A DNA stretch of 64,000 nucleotides from Octopus sinensis (GCF_006345805.1 NC_042998.1:172732001-172796000), one strand, 5' to 3'. Positions 12,742-25,405 are shown, counted from the first letter of the stretch. Translations and numbers: made by a program. Notes: generated by a model from the sequence alone, not told the origin.

Positions 12742-13075
12742 GAGTGAGAGAGCAGTGCATGCAATCAAAGTGACACTGGGGTATAATATATGAAGCCCAG
12801 TATTCCCATCATGACCACCCATCTGATAAGAGTACACTAGGCACATGCATCACAACCATATGTGCGCGACATGGTGATCTTATATCAAGATAAACAGTAC
12901 ATGACCTTGCAGGTGTGGCCCGGTTAGAACGTTCCTCTGGTCGAGTAACCCATCCCGCTCAAAACTGGTTAAGGTCAAACAACTGACAAGCAAATTTGTG
13001 GTATTGAGCAAAATATTTGTTGTAGCCCATCTTTTATACCAAGACAAAACAATTTACATGATAACAGTTCCAATC
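12742..13075 (-). mobile_element. Non-autonomous retroposon family C with (AAT)n tail, internally deleted copy
   Basis: Matches 16315-16887 but lacks the middle between two GCTCAA motifs. Confidence 0.85.
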
Positions 13076-13135
13076 TTGTTATTATCATCATCATCATCAT
13101 CATCACCATCATTATTATTATTATTATTATTATTA

Positions 13136-13169
<34 letters not shown>

Positions 13170-13679
13170 TGTTTAGAAAGAGAGGACTCTTGTTCGTGCT
13201 TTAAAATGTGTTGCGTTAATGGCTTGGCGGCAGATTCTCCTTTCAAGGGCGAATTTTGAGATTAAAAATTTGAAATTTATTAGTTAAATACAAAGAATAA
13301 CAATATAGCTTCCCAAATCGAGCCAAATGATAGCTCTTGGAACAGCTAATATGATACTATCTTCCCACCACTAATTGCAGATAACAACAACAGTAGCCAA
13401 ATGTGCAGCATGAGTAGAATAAAATTAGTAATAACATAACCACGACTACCTCTTCGGCCCCCTCCAAAACAAGCATTAATACAACAGAAACATCACTTGT
13501 TCTTATTTCTAAACAAAAGAGAACGGCTTTCACAAGTGTCAGAAAAAAAAAACGCTCTGTAACGCCAACGCGCACTTAAAAATATGGCAGAATAATATTT
13601 CTAAACACGCAAGAGGACATACAGGAAGACATTAAATACTATTAAATACAACTGTATTTCAACAAAAAACAGGAGACTA

Positions 13680-14460
13680 GAGTGAGTGACTCAGGCCTAG
13701 ATCGAAAAATGCCTATGAGCAGTCTGGTGGATAAAAACATGTCGCCAGTGAGAGATGCTTTGGCACAGTTGAGGTGAAATTTCCAACTGAAGAAAAGGCA
13801 AAGAAAGTTTAAGAAAACACTTCAAAAGTGAGGAAGTATTGCTAATTCCGACATACCTCGGTTGGAGGGTGTTTAAAATAAAAGTAACAGAGGTACCAGC
13901 CCAAGTGGATATCGCTTTGCTGGTGGCAACCGTTTTATGCGGCATAGGTAAAAATAAACTACTATACTCCAAGTGCACTGAATGGGAAAGGAAAATTGAT
14001 CTAGCACAGGAATAGAATTATAGAAACACGCCGATTCGATCAGAAACAAAGACATACCTGATCTGATCGACTTCCATAATACTACACAGCTATTCGTACC
14101 AGTCGAGGGCAGAAAGACGAGATGCCGTATGTTGGGGAGAAAATTCACTTAACGGCTTTCTCCCCCATGCATGGAAAATGAAACCCCCTACTGCTATGGA
14201 CATCTGTAACACAACAACAGCACCAAAATGAATAGTAGCATCATCACCATCACCACCAACTGTACCAACACCAACAACAACAGTACCAAGAGCAGCAGCA
14301 TCCAAAACAGGAACAGCATCAACAGAAGGGGACGTAGGAGGGATTCATCCAACAACATCAGCAACAAGCGCCGGTACCACATCGGAGGAAGACAATAACA
14401 ACACCTGAACTTTCGTAACCGAAAGAAGCTTCTCCAATGCCAGTCGATCAGAACCCCAGC
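13680..14460 (+). mobile_element. Tx1/L1-like LINE ORF1 remnant (degenerate CCHC knuckle plus low-complexity tail)
   Basis: VEGRKTRCRM-GEKIHLTAF across a frameshift parallels VEGRPPKCHLCLESSHIKKNC at ~43.9 kb. Confidence 0.5.
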
Positions 14461-15064
14461 TTAGAAATGTGCATGTATGCAGATATATTTCTCTCCATTA
14501 CCACTAATTTTTTCCGTCTGTGAAAACTCGTCTAGAGAGGAAATCAGTTTGAGAAAACCACGAGGATGGATCCTAGTGAAGGGGTAATGGAAAAAACAAT
14601 TACAAAATGAAAAACACCGTACACACAAAGCAACAACCCATCACAAACCTACACACACTACACCTAGGCAATTACAAACATCTTCAACACAGCAAACACC
14701 ACTAATATTACGAACACTTCAACAAACGAAAAAAGTTGCAATGGAAATCAGTATGAACAGCATACCCAAGTTATCATCAATTACACGGCCATAGACATAA
14801 ACAAGAATATAAGCATATTCAAAAATACACGGACATTAAATACACATATCTCACCCTAGCATAGTACCCCAATTCACTTAAAAATTATAAAAAAGCAACT
14901 TACAACACCAGAGTATTCGAATGGAATGGGAGCTCTTCGAGAGAGAACATAAACAAACGAATGTTTATGGATGCAAAAGGATAGCCAGAAGGACAGAACA
15001 TATGTCTCTCCACAGAAATATGGTAAGCGATTCTCTTCAATCTCCTTCTCTCTCACAAACAAGG

Positions 15065-15700
15065 CCTTGCTCAGAATACGTAGTGTAGATGCACGTGGGC
15101 TGGAGTCACCTTGGAAAGAAGATCACATACGCAACGACCTCAGGTAACTAAGTATAGTTTTAGCTATACGTGAGACTAGATTTTCCAATCTACAAGGTTT
15201 CATCCCCATTTTAGTAGATATGAGATTCATTTATCTCCCTGTCAACCAGAAATGGGCTGGAAATATGGTGTTGTTCCGGAAAGGTCCGGATCTCAAGATA
15301 AGGTCTATCGTCATGACCCAGAAGCTAAGTTGGTGGTCCTCGATGGGAACAGTAACGACGGAGATGCTTTCAGACAGGTGACTGTTTATGCTCTAACAAG
15401 AGCAAAACAGCTAGATTTCATCAGACGTCTGGAGGTTATACTGGGAACGTTTCGACCTTTAGTGCTAATGGGTAACTGGAACACCATCATGGACTCATGT
15501 TTAAATTGTGTAGGGCCAGTGTTAGAAGAGAAGGGGTACAAAAGTCTCGCAAACCTAATCAGAAATTTTTAACTGTCCGAGAATTACCGATTGGATTTCT
15601 TGCATGTGCCAATGTGGATAGGACGACTCGCATCGACCTCGAAACAATAAAAGGCAAAGAAGACATCAGCAGAATTTGACGTCAGAAGGTAAAGACAGAG
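15065..15700 (+). mobile_element. Tx1/L1-like LINE ORF2 apurinic-endonuclease remnant
   Basis: LRIRSVDARGL, LAIRETRF, VTVYA and LVLMGNWNTIMD are APE motifs; contains stops; truncated by a family C copy. Confidence 0.7.
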
Positions 15701-15710
15701 GAAACGCCTG

Positions 15711-15961
15711 TCCTGCTCAAAAGGTCCCTGAATAAGGTTTGTTTAAGGACAGTGAACGAAACACCCATGTTTCTAGAGGTTATTATTCAAATCCCAAAGA
15801 AATCCTCTAAACGCATGGCCATGATGCACCCCACTACTCCTTCTCGCGATCAGAGATGCACATATCGTCAGTAAGGGATATTTTCTACTGGTTATGGTCA
15901 AACAACTGATAAGTATATCTGTGGTATTGAGCAGAATATTTGCTGTAGCCCATCTTTTATA
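15711..15961 (-). mobile_element. Retroposon family C, internal fragment
   Basis: GCTCAAAAGGTCCCTGAATAAGG...GCCCATCTTTTAT matches 16315-16887. Confidence 0.85.
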
Positions 15962-15986
15962 TTATTATTATTATTATTATTATTAT

Positions 15987-16295
15987 CAAACTGTAGTCTT
16001 ATTTTCATCACGGGCTTTCACTGCACTACCGAGCGCAGCTCTGTATGCTTTGGGTATGTGCTGTGGTTTGTTGTGGTGCTCTTATTTTCACTGTATTGAA
16101 AGTGTTTTATGTAGGATGTGTGCGGTGCCTAGTAGTGCTATTTTCTGTATATATATATATACACTTGTAAGACCTGGTGTTTTGGTTAAGTATTTATCTT
16201 ATTGGTTTTTCATCATACTTAATGTGTCTACTCAAATAGGAATTGTTTCTGTTTATAGGCTCCACATTCGAGTTATTTCTATTTCCAGATCCTAT
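15987..16295 (-). mobile_element. R4/Dong-like LINE 3' end plus 3' UTR (diverged relative of the 34175 element)
   Basis: Homologous to 17343-17731; (AAT)n tail. Confidence 0.8.
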
Positions 16296-16314
16296 TAACA
16301 TTATTATTATTATT

Positions 16315-16887
16315 GAGTGAGAGAGCAGTGCATGCCATCAAAGTGACACTGGGGTAAAATATACGAATTCGAGTATACCCATCATAACTATCCATCTGAT
16401 AAGGGTACACCAGTCACATGCATCACAACCATATGTGCGCGACATGGTGATCTCATATCAAGATTAACAGCACATGACCTTGCAGATGGGGCGCAGTTAG
16501 AATTTTCTTCAGTTCGAGCAGCCCATCCCACTCAAAAATTCCCTGAATAAGGGTTGTTTAAGGATGTTGAAGGAAACGCCCATGTTTCCAGTGGTGAATT
16601 ATTCAAACCCCTTGAATTTCTCTCAACACATAGCTATGGTTCTCCCCCACTACTTCTGTTCGTGATCAGAGATGAACATATCGTCAGCCACTGAGGGACA
16701 TGCTCAACTGGTTAAGGTCAAACAACTAACAAGCAAATCTGAGGTATGGAGTAGAATATTTCCTGTAGCCCATCTTTTATACGAAAACAAAACAATGCAC
16801 ATGATAGCACTTTCAATCAGTTTAAGGTGAAAAGCCATGTGTGCCACTGCCTAGTACTACATTAGAGCAAGGTACTGCATTAGGGTA
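16315..16887 (-). mobile_element. Retroposon family C, longest copy (~570 bp), (AAT)n tail
   Basis: Sense 3' end CTCTCTCACTC-AATAATAAT; four copies lie within 6 kb. Confidence 0.85.
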
Positions 16888-16974
16888 TTTATCATTATTA
16901 TTATTATTACTATTATTATCATCATCATCATCATCATCATCATCATTATTATTATTATTATCATTATTATTACT

Positions 16975-17260
16975 TTTTTTTTTCTTCTTTCAAATTTTCT
17001 TCCATTTCTTGCCGAGTGTCTTCCCGACTCCTAGGGCAAAGAAACTCATAGTGTATATTGGTAGGCCATTAAACCAAACTCAGTAGTTCGTTCATCATTT
17101 AAAAAAAAATTTTTTAAAGTTAAATTAAAATGCATGAGCAGCAACAGTTCTCACATCGACAATGCTCTTCTCATTACGTGTGATGTACCAGTTAAGACAA
17201 TCTTTTGCACTTCTTGCAGGGATGGTAAGCCAGGGATCATTCTCATATAATTTTCGGTTC
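16975..17260 (-). mobile_element. R4/Dong-like LINE 3' end, second subfamily
   Basis: Homologous to 53112-53420 (AAATTTTCTTCC..GCCGAGTGT..CCTAGGGCA; PGLPSLQEVQKIVLTG). Confidence 0.75.
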
Positions 17261-17278
17261 CCTTCTTGATCATTCCTA

Positions 17279-17319
<41 letters not shown>

Positions 17320-17342
17320 TATTATTATTATTATTATTATTA

Positions 17343-17731
17343 TTCTGTAGTTTTATTTTTATAGCGTGCTTTCACTTCACTACCGAGCGCAGCTCTGTGT
17401 GCCTTGGGTATGTGCTGTGATTTGTTGTGATGCTCTGATGGTTATTGTATGGAAAGTGTTCTGCGTAGGATGTGTGCAGTGCCTAGTAGTGCAATTTTCT
17501 GTATGTTATATGTGTTTGTAAGTCCTGGTGTTTTTGTTATGTATTTGTCTGAATATTTTTTTATCATGCCTAATGCACCTACTATGATAGGAATTGTTTC
17601 TGTTTTTAGATTCCACATTCTGGTTACCTCTATTTCCAGGTCTTTGTATTTTGAGAGTTTCTCCATTTCTTTTAGAGACACGTTGTCATCTGCCAGTATT
17701 GATACATCAATGAGAAAGCATTTTTTCTTTA
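17343..17731 (-). mobile_element. R4/Dong-like LINE 3' fragment with intact C-terminus and 3' UTR
   Basis: KKCFLIDVS..LSKYKDLEIE..IIVGALGMI..ALLGTAHILRRTLSIQ*; near-identical to 37860-38134. Confidence 0.9.
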
Positions 17732-17815
17732 TCATTATTATTATTATTAGTAGTAGTAGTAGTAATAGTAGTAGCAGTAGTGGCAGTAGTAGCAGCTGCA
17801 GCAGCAGCAGTAGTA

Positions 17816-17846
<31 letters not shown>

Positions 17847-17862
17847 CAGTAGTAGCAGCAGC

Positions 17863-17927
<65 letters not shown>

Positions 17928-18279
17928 ATGCTCGGCTTTTGCTTTGTATTTGTAAAAGTTGACTCCAAGTCTCACCCGGACACCTTAGAGACAAGAGGCC
18001 AGAAGTTCAAGTTGGTATATGACTAGGGTGCTATACTTTTGGTTTTGCACAGATTATTATTCTAGAGAATGTATGTCATACAAAACTTAGAAGTTTGTTT
18101 TAAAAGTAATTTAATTGTAAGTAATTTGATTATAAGACGACAGTTTGATCCTAAGTAAGAGATGTTTTGGGATTATATAGACAATATTGTTTTAGGATAT
18201 AAACAGTACCACGACACGAGCACTATTTTAAAAAATTTCTTCCGTATTAGGATTTCCTGGTATCTGAGATACCAGGTAG

Positions 18280-18648
18280 GATCTCATATAAAGATAAACA
18301 GCACATGACCTTGCAGGTAGGGCCCAATTAGAATTTTCTTCTGGTCGAGTAACCCATCCCGCTCAAAAAGTCCCTGAATAAGGTTTGTTTAAGGATGTTG
18401 AACGAAACGCCCATGTTTCCAGTGGTGAATTATTCAAACCGCAAAGAATACCCCTGAACACATGGGTATGATGCTCCCCAGCCACCTTTGCTCGTGATCA
18501 GAGATGCACATATTGTCAACCACTAAGGGACATGCTCAACTGGTTAAGGTCAAACAACTGACAAGCAAATTTGTGGTATTGAGCAAAATATTTGCTGTAG
18601 CCCATATTTTATACGAAAATCAAAACAATGTACATGATAACACTTCCA
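18280..18648 (-). mobile_element. Retroposon family C fragment
   Basis: Matches 16450-16810; abuts a 21-bp palindrome at 18256-18276. Confidence 0.85.
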
Positions 18649-18680
<32 letters not shown>

Positions 18681-19332
18681 GTAGTAGTAGTAGTAGTAAT
18701 AATAGTAGTAGTTGTAAGGGAGTGGCTTTAGCAGCTGTAGTAGTAATAGATGAACATTTCAATCTGTTTTATCCTACTTCCAGGTATTTCGCCGGCTCCA
18801 TATGTATTTGCTTACCTGAAATCTTGAATTAAATGTTTTATATCTAGATATTACAGATGCTGTTAATATGCAGAGTATTAAGTAAAGAAAACCCTCGTTA
18901 ACTAATATAATGCTACCGTATCAAGAAATAACTTTATTTTAGCAAATGAAACTTTATGTGTTTGTGTTCTATTAATGTTGCTATGGTATCCTTCACACCT
19001 TGGTTCACAAGTTTGTTCGCAACACAGCCGGAAACGAGGAGAAAAACAACTCATTGCAAATAGTTGGATAACTAACAACACTAGGATGTTGACAAGGAAT
19101 CTACAGTATTAATATAAATATTTGTTTCTGCAAATATACTTGCCTGAAATGTAAAATATCTTTGTGTATATAAGAATATAAAAAAAAGATATTTAACTGA
19201 TATTGGAAACTAATTTTCGTCTGCAGGATAAAGGTATAGTATTTTTGTATGGAAGAATATAAAGGTAATATTTCATGGTAGGTAACGCTAGAGCAAAATA
19301 ACATCGTGTATATCTAAAAATATTTCGTAGTA

Positions 19333-19548
19333 CAGTAATCCCTCGACTAACGCGGTTATTACATTCCAAAACCTTCCGCGATAGGGGAAAATCTGCGAAG
19401 TAGTAACAGTACTGTATATTTTATTATTATTTTTATAATTTGTATATGTTTATTTAATTATAAATGCAAAACAAAACCACGGAGGAGTCGACGTAAGCTT
19501 CAATAATAAACAGCGATATGTGAATTGCGATATGACGAGGGATTGCTG
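19333..19548. mobile_element. Tigger/pogo-type MITE
   Basis: TIRs CAGTAATCCCTCG / CGAGGGATTGCTG (12 of 13 match); TA on the left flank. Confidence 0.75.
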
Positions 19549-19817
19549 TTTCCGTATTTTCAGTTGTGTCGTGTAAACTATATCATAATGTCAACATATA
19601 CACCAAAAAAAAAAAAATTCATTTCAATCAAAGCTATCTGATTTTCTACAAAAGAAAGTATTACACCCCACACACACACACGCATACACACATATTTCGA
19701 GATGGTCATTTTTGTTTTTGCCAAAGATGAAATAAGAACAGTAGTAAACAAGTGAAGAACGAATATATAGTGTGTTTGTTTATTTAACAAAATAAATAAA
19801 AATGTAAAGTATAAAAG

Positions 19818-19910
19818 ACATCTCAATATGGCTAACCACAAAGGGGGGTGTTACTGTAGCTTTTTAGCCCCAGGATATCATCGTCTCCAGCTGGCTTTAG
19901 ACACATTTAA
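19818..19910 (-). mobile_element. Fragment of the repeat family that carries the hammerhead at 26664
   Basis: Reverse complement (TGTGTCTAAAGCCAGCTGGAG..CCTGGGGCTAAAAAGCTACAGTAAC..GGTTAGCCATATT) aligns by eye with 26762-26846. Confidence 0.75.
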
Positions 19911-19949
19911 TAATAAATAAAAATGATCGTCCCGAAATATAACATCTAT

Positions 19950-22703
19950 TTCAACAGATGGCTTCAAATTAGGAATCTTGCAATCTGGTGTATTCACTGG
20001 TGTACACGGGTGCCATGGTATTGGTTCCCGAAACGACGAGGGAACTAGGCTACTGGAGTTCTGTGATGCATGTAGCATTTTAATCTGCAACACTAATTTT
20101 AGGAAGCCAGACAGCCACCTGATAACCTATCAATTAGGTGACTCTAATAGCCATATTGATTTCATCCTCACCAGACAGCGAGACGCAGAGTTGCTCTCAA
20201 ATACAAAGACCCTCCCTTGTGGAGAATGTTCCCCCAGCATAGGCTAGTCATTAGTGACTTTAGGCTCGAGGCCAGAAGGATACCAAGAAGCAGACCAATC
20301 TCAAAAAGAAGGATTTGGAAGCTAAAGAACCCTTCACAAGGTCAGAGATTTAGGGACATCCTCATTGAGAAATTTGATGAGCGGGAGGGGGAGCTAAAGA
20401 CATCGGACAAAGAGGGTAGCTGGAAATTCCTACGGGACAGCTTGCTGAATGTCACAGACCAAGTCTGGTTGGTGCAAAGTCTCTTCCAGACCTAGAGTTA
20501 CGTGGTGGTGGAATAGTACGGTAGACAAAGCCATTAGAGCAAAGAATCAGGCCTGGAAAGCCTGGAAGGGTGGGGGTAGCAGTGAACTGTACCAGATAGC
20601 CAAATGGGAGGCTGGGCGGCTGGTATGTATAGCCAAGGGCGAGGCAGAAAAGAAGCGACGTGAGGACCAAAGAATGATTGGGAAAAGAAAGAGGCTTGGA
20701 GAAGACATTATGAAAGACTGCTGAACGTGGAGGATGAATGGGAGGAGGAGAGCCTGCCAAATGTTGACCCAGTAGAGGGACCAGATATCCGAATAGACAG
20801 CTAGATAAAGCAAGTAAGGGTATGAAGCCAGGAAAAGCCCCTGGCCCATCAGGAATGACTGCTGAGATGCTTACAATATCTGGTGGTGTGGGCTATGGGT
20901 TAGTCAGTCGCATTGTAAACCAGGAAGTTCATGATGGAGTCATACCCAATGACTGGCGTAATAGCATCATAGTCAACTTCTACAAAGGTAAAGGTGATGC
21001 TTTAGATAGAAATAATTACAGGAATATCAAACTGCTGAATCAGGTTATGAAAGTCATGGAGAGGGTCATAGCCCATCTCATTGGGGAGAGAGTCTGCTTA
21101 GATGAGATGCTGTTTGGTTTTGTTCCGGGTAGAAGTACCCCTGATGCCACATTCCTGGTTCGACAACTGCAGGAGAAATACCTGACTAAAGATAAACGCC
21201 TTGTGGACTTGGAGAAGGCGTTTGACAGGGTCCCCCTATCCCTTATCTGGTGGACGATTCGGAAACTGGGGAGGCCGTTAGTAATGTTTGGATTGGCAAT
21301 GAGTATAGTAGAGAATTCCAGGTAGAAGTAGGGTCCACCAGGGTTCAGCCCTCAGTACCCTTTTATTCATCATAGTCCTCCAGGCAATAACAGAGGAATT
21401 CAAGACGGGATGCTCCTGGGAGCTCCCCTATGCTGATGACCTAACCCTCATAGCAGAATCACTACCAGAACTAGAGAAGCAATTTCGGGTGTGGAAGCAA
21501 GGTTTAGAATCAAAAGGACTTAGAGTCAATGTAGCAAAGACAAGAGTTCTAATAAGTAGGAAGGGGAACACATCTGCACCCCATCAGGTAGGTGGCCCTG
21601 CTCTGTCTGTAGAAAAGGTGTAGGTAGAAACTCCATAAGCTGTACCCAGTGTAAGCTATGGACACATAAGAGGTGCAGCAATATCAAAGGAAGATTAACC
21701 GAGAAGATAGCTTTCGTGTGCGGCAGACGCACGGGGGCAATAAACACCACAGATGCTCAAAAACAGATTCCATCACACTCCAGGAGGAGAAACTAGATGT
21801 AGTTGATAGCTTCCGCTGCCAAGGTGACCAAGTTAGTAGTGGGGGTGGATGCTCAGAGAGTGTTACCACTAGAATAAGAATAGCCTGGGCAAAGTTTAGA
21901 AAGCTTCTACCCCTACTGGTGACAAAATGCCTCTCGCTCAGAGTGAAAGGTAGATTGTACGATGCATGTGTGTAAACTGTCATGCTTCACAGTAGTGAAA
22001 CATAGGCCGTGACTGCAGAGGACATGCGTAGGCTCGAAAGAAATGAAACTAGCATGATCCGCTGGATGTATAATATCAGTGTGCACACACAACAGAATGT
22101 AAGCGCCCTGAGAGAAATGTTGGACATAAGAAGCATAGGATATGGCATGCAAGAGAGACGTTTGCGCTGGTATGGTGATGTACTACGGATGGATGAGGAG
22201 AGATGTGTGAATAAGTGCCACTCTCAATCAGTTGAAGAAATCCGGTGTAGAGGTAGACCCAGGAAGACATGAGATGAGGTGGTCAAGCATGACCTTCGAA
22301 CGTTGGACCTCACAGTGGCAATGACGAAAGATTGAGACCTCTGGAGATATGCTGTGACTGCGAAGACCCGGCAGTTAAAGTGAGTTCACGGCTGTATCCT
22401 ACACAAGTTTCGCATAACCAGCCCCAGCCCATTCAAAGTACCTTGAGTCGTAAGGCGACCTGCTGTGCTTGATGAGACCTATTGAGTCAAATATATCAAC
22501 ATCGAAATGAAAATCAAATGGAAATTGTAGTTGTGATGCCCATGCCGGTGGCACGTAAAAAGCATCCACTACACTCATGGAGTGGTTGGCGTTATGATGG
22601 GCATCAAGCTGCAGAAACACTGCTAGATCAGACTCGAGCCTGTCTCTGTTGAACCGTCCAACCCATGCTAGCATGGAAAACGGACGTTAAACGATGATGA
22701 TGA

Positions 22704-22705
<2 letters not shown>
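19950..22705 (+). mobile_element. RTE-clade LINE, 5'-truncated and frameshifted (APE + RT + 3' UTR + (GAT)n tail)
   Basis: GSRNDEG, NTNFRK, IDFIL, QHRLV (APE); KAPGPSG, NYRNIKLL, FGFVPGRST, DLEKAFDRVP, YADDL, RLRWYG (RT); ends CCCATGCTAGCATGGAAAACGGACGTTAAAC(GAT)n. Confidence 0.92.
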
Positions 22706-22750
<45 letters not shown>

Positions 22751-22767
22751 ATATATATTATATATAT

Positions 22768-24336
22768 ATCACAATCAAGGAACGGCCATAATAGGCCATT
22801 CATCCACTAGAAATAACAGCCAAAAGCTCAACCGCAAAATAACATCAATTCCGTAAACCAGGAGAAAATTAAAAAAACATTTACCCTGTAATTTCTTATA
22901 CGATGCACCGTTTCATCTACTGTTTAATGGTAAACTAACCTGATTAAATTAAATCAAGCCAATCTTCCATAGGCCCTTAGAATCATCAGTAAGAAATAGC
23001 CAAGTCGGAACAGATATTTTCACGAGGCATTTCCTTCCCTGCCTCGGCAATATCTGACATAAAATTTTCAAATCATCGCACTCGCGCCAAATTTATCGGC
23101 AGCAAATAAATATAAGCCGCCGATTCCATTACGGAATTAACCAGAAAATTCATAATAATCAATATAGGGTGGCAAAAAATTTTGTAGAATTTTTTGCCAC
23201 CAGCGGCCTAGTGGGAAAAAATTAAATAGTCATAGACCATTTTTAAGTTCAACATCACAATCAAGGAACGGCCATAATAGGCCATTCACCCACTAGAAAT
23301 AACAGCCAAAAGCTTCAACCGCAAAATAACATCAATTCCGTAAACCAGGAGAAAATAAAAAAACATTTACCCTGTAATTTCTTATACGATGCACCGTTTC
23401 ATCTACTGTTTAATGGAAACTAACCTGATTAAATTAAATCAAGCCAATCTTCCATAGGCCCTTAGAATCATCAGTAAGAAATAGCCAAAGTCGGAACAGA
23501 TATTTTCACGAGGCATTTCCTTCCCTGCCTCGGCAATATCTGACATAAAATTTTCAAATCATCGCACTCGCGCCAAATTTATCGGCAGCAAATAAATATA
23601 AGCCGCCGATTCCATTACGGAATTAACCAGAAAATTCATAATTAATCAATATAGGGTGGCAAAAAATTTTGTAGAATTTTTTTGCCACCAGCGGCCTCGT
23701 GGGAAAAAATTAAATAGTCATAGACCATTTTTAAGTTCAACATCACAATCAAGGAACGGCCATAATAGGCCATTCACCCACTAGAAATAACAGCCAAAAG
23801 CTTCAACCGCAAAATAACATCAATTCCGTAAACCAGGAGAAAATTAAAAAACATTTACCCTGTAATTTCTTATACGATGCACCGTTTCATCTACTGTTTA
23901 ATGGTAAACTAACCTGATTAAATTAAATCAAGCCAATCTTCCATAGGCCCTTAGAATCATCAGTAAGAAATAGCCAAGTCGGAACAGATATTTTCACGAG
24001 GCATTTCCTTCCCTGCCTCGGCAATATCTGACCTAAAATTTTCAAATCATCGCACTCGCGCCAAATTTATCGGCAGCAAATAAATATAAGCCGCCGATTC
24101 CATTACGGAATTAACCAGAAAATTCATAATTAATCAATATAGGGTGGCAAAAAAGTTTGTAGAATTTTTTTTTTTTTTTTTTTTTGCCACCAGTGGGTGA
24201 ATGGCCTATTATGGCCGTTCCTTGATTGTGATGTTGAACTTAAAAATGGTCTTTGACTATTTAATTTTTTCCCACTAGGCCGCTGGTGGCAAAAAAATTC
24301 TACAAAAGTTTTTGCCACCCTATATTGATTAATTAT
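22768..24336. repeat. ~487-bp tandem repeat (nearly 3 copies) terminated by a 143-bp inverted copy
   Basis: Units start at 22768, 23254 and 23742; 24194-24336 is the reverse complement of the unit junction. Confidence 0.95.
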
Positions 24337-24728
24337 TGATTATATATATATATATATATATTCTTCTTCTTCTTCTTCTTCTGCTCCACCTACCTCTTAA
24401 CTTTATCACTAATGCTTTCTAGTATAACACCTACGCAAATTCCATAAACAAACCTTTCAATAGAAATATTCTCCTGAATTGAACTGCAACTGCTAGCCGT
24501 CACTGACCATTCAAAATACGACAATCAAGGCACTCCCAAATTTTTCCACCCCCTTGCCTCATCAACCTTCCTCTTCTTCTACCCTACCAAGAATTCACAA
24601 CGACCTCGAACACACAAGTGCAAGCAAGGGAGACAGAGAAAGGCAGAATGCCACTTATATTTGAACACTATACAAATATTCCTTTAAAAAAACTTTTCTT
24701 TTAATTTTCCTAAATTTAATTATTTAAT

Positions 24729-24776
24729 CGTTACAGTTGAAAAGGTCTCAAAATGACAGAAACCGGTACTGAAATG
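24729..24776 (+). ncRNA. Minimal type I hammerhead-like motif (U3-A8 variant core), Penelope-terminal-repeat type
   Basis: CAG-UUGAAAA-GGUC ucaaaau GACA-GAAAC-CG-GUA-CUG; palindromic ACCGGT stem III; one mismatch closing stem II. Confidence 0.55.
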
Positions 24777-24854
24777 TTCTTTATAAAATTATTTTAGCAT
24801 TTTCTATCTTGACTTGTTTTTTCATATATATATATATATATATATACATACATA

Positions 24855-25013
24855 AAGGGTGTCCTTAAATGATCTTTAGAATTTGGAAATGGTAAAGAAG
24901 TTTTATTAGAAACCTCAGAACACTTCATGTGAGTTCTGTTGGCTACACGCAACACATCTAGACGATACAAAATAATAAATTGGGGAAATTGTAAAGATAA
25001 TTTGTGAACACCT
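24855..25013. mobile_element. Short mariner-derived MITE
   Basis: Imperfect ~30-bp TIRs (GGGTGTCCTTAAATGATCTTTAGAATTT / AAATTGTAAAGATAATTTGTGAACACC) with TA flanks. Confidence 0.5.
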
Positions 25014-25344
25014 TATGTGCACATACATACATTCACACATACATACATACATGCATACATACATACATACATACATACATACATACATACATACATACAT
25101 ACCGTGAGACAGACAGACAGATAGACAGATAGACAAACGTTTATGGAATTTGTTTTGCAAATTTCTCGATGTGAAATCGTATGTTGAAACCGATATTCTT
25201 ATTGTTCGTGATGGTCATTTTTTTCTTGTCAAATAAACTCACGCACTATATACATGCACGAATATATAGTGCGAGTGTTTATTTGGCAAGAGAACTACCA
25301 TCCCGAAACATAACAACATACATTCATATATATATATATATATA

Positions 25345-25368
25345 TATATGTTTTTTCTATAAAATCCG

Positions 25369-25405
<37 letters not shown>

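Noticed and set aside
22768-24193. CRISPR-like array
   Set aside because: Units are long and identical throughout with no unique spacers; no cas genes; eukaryotic context.
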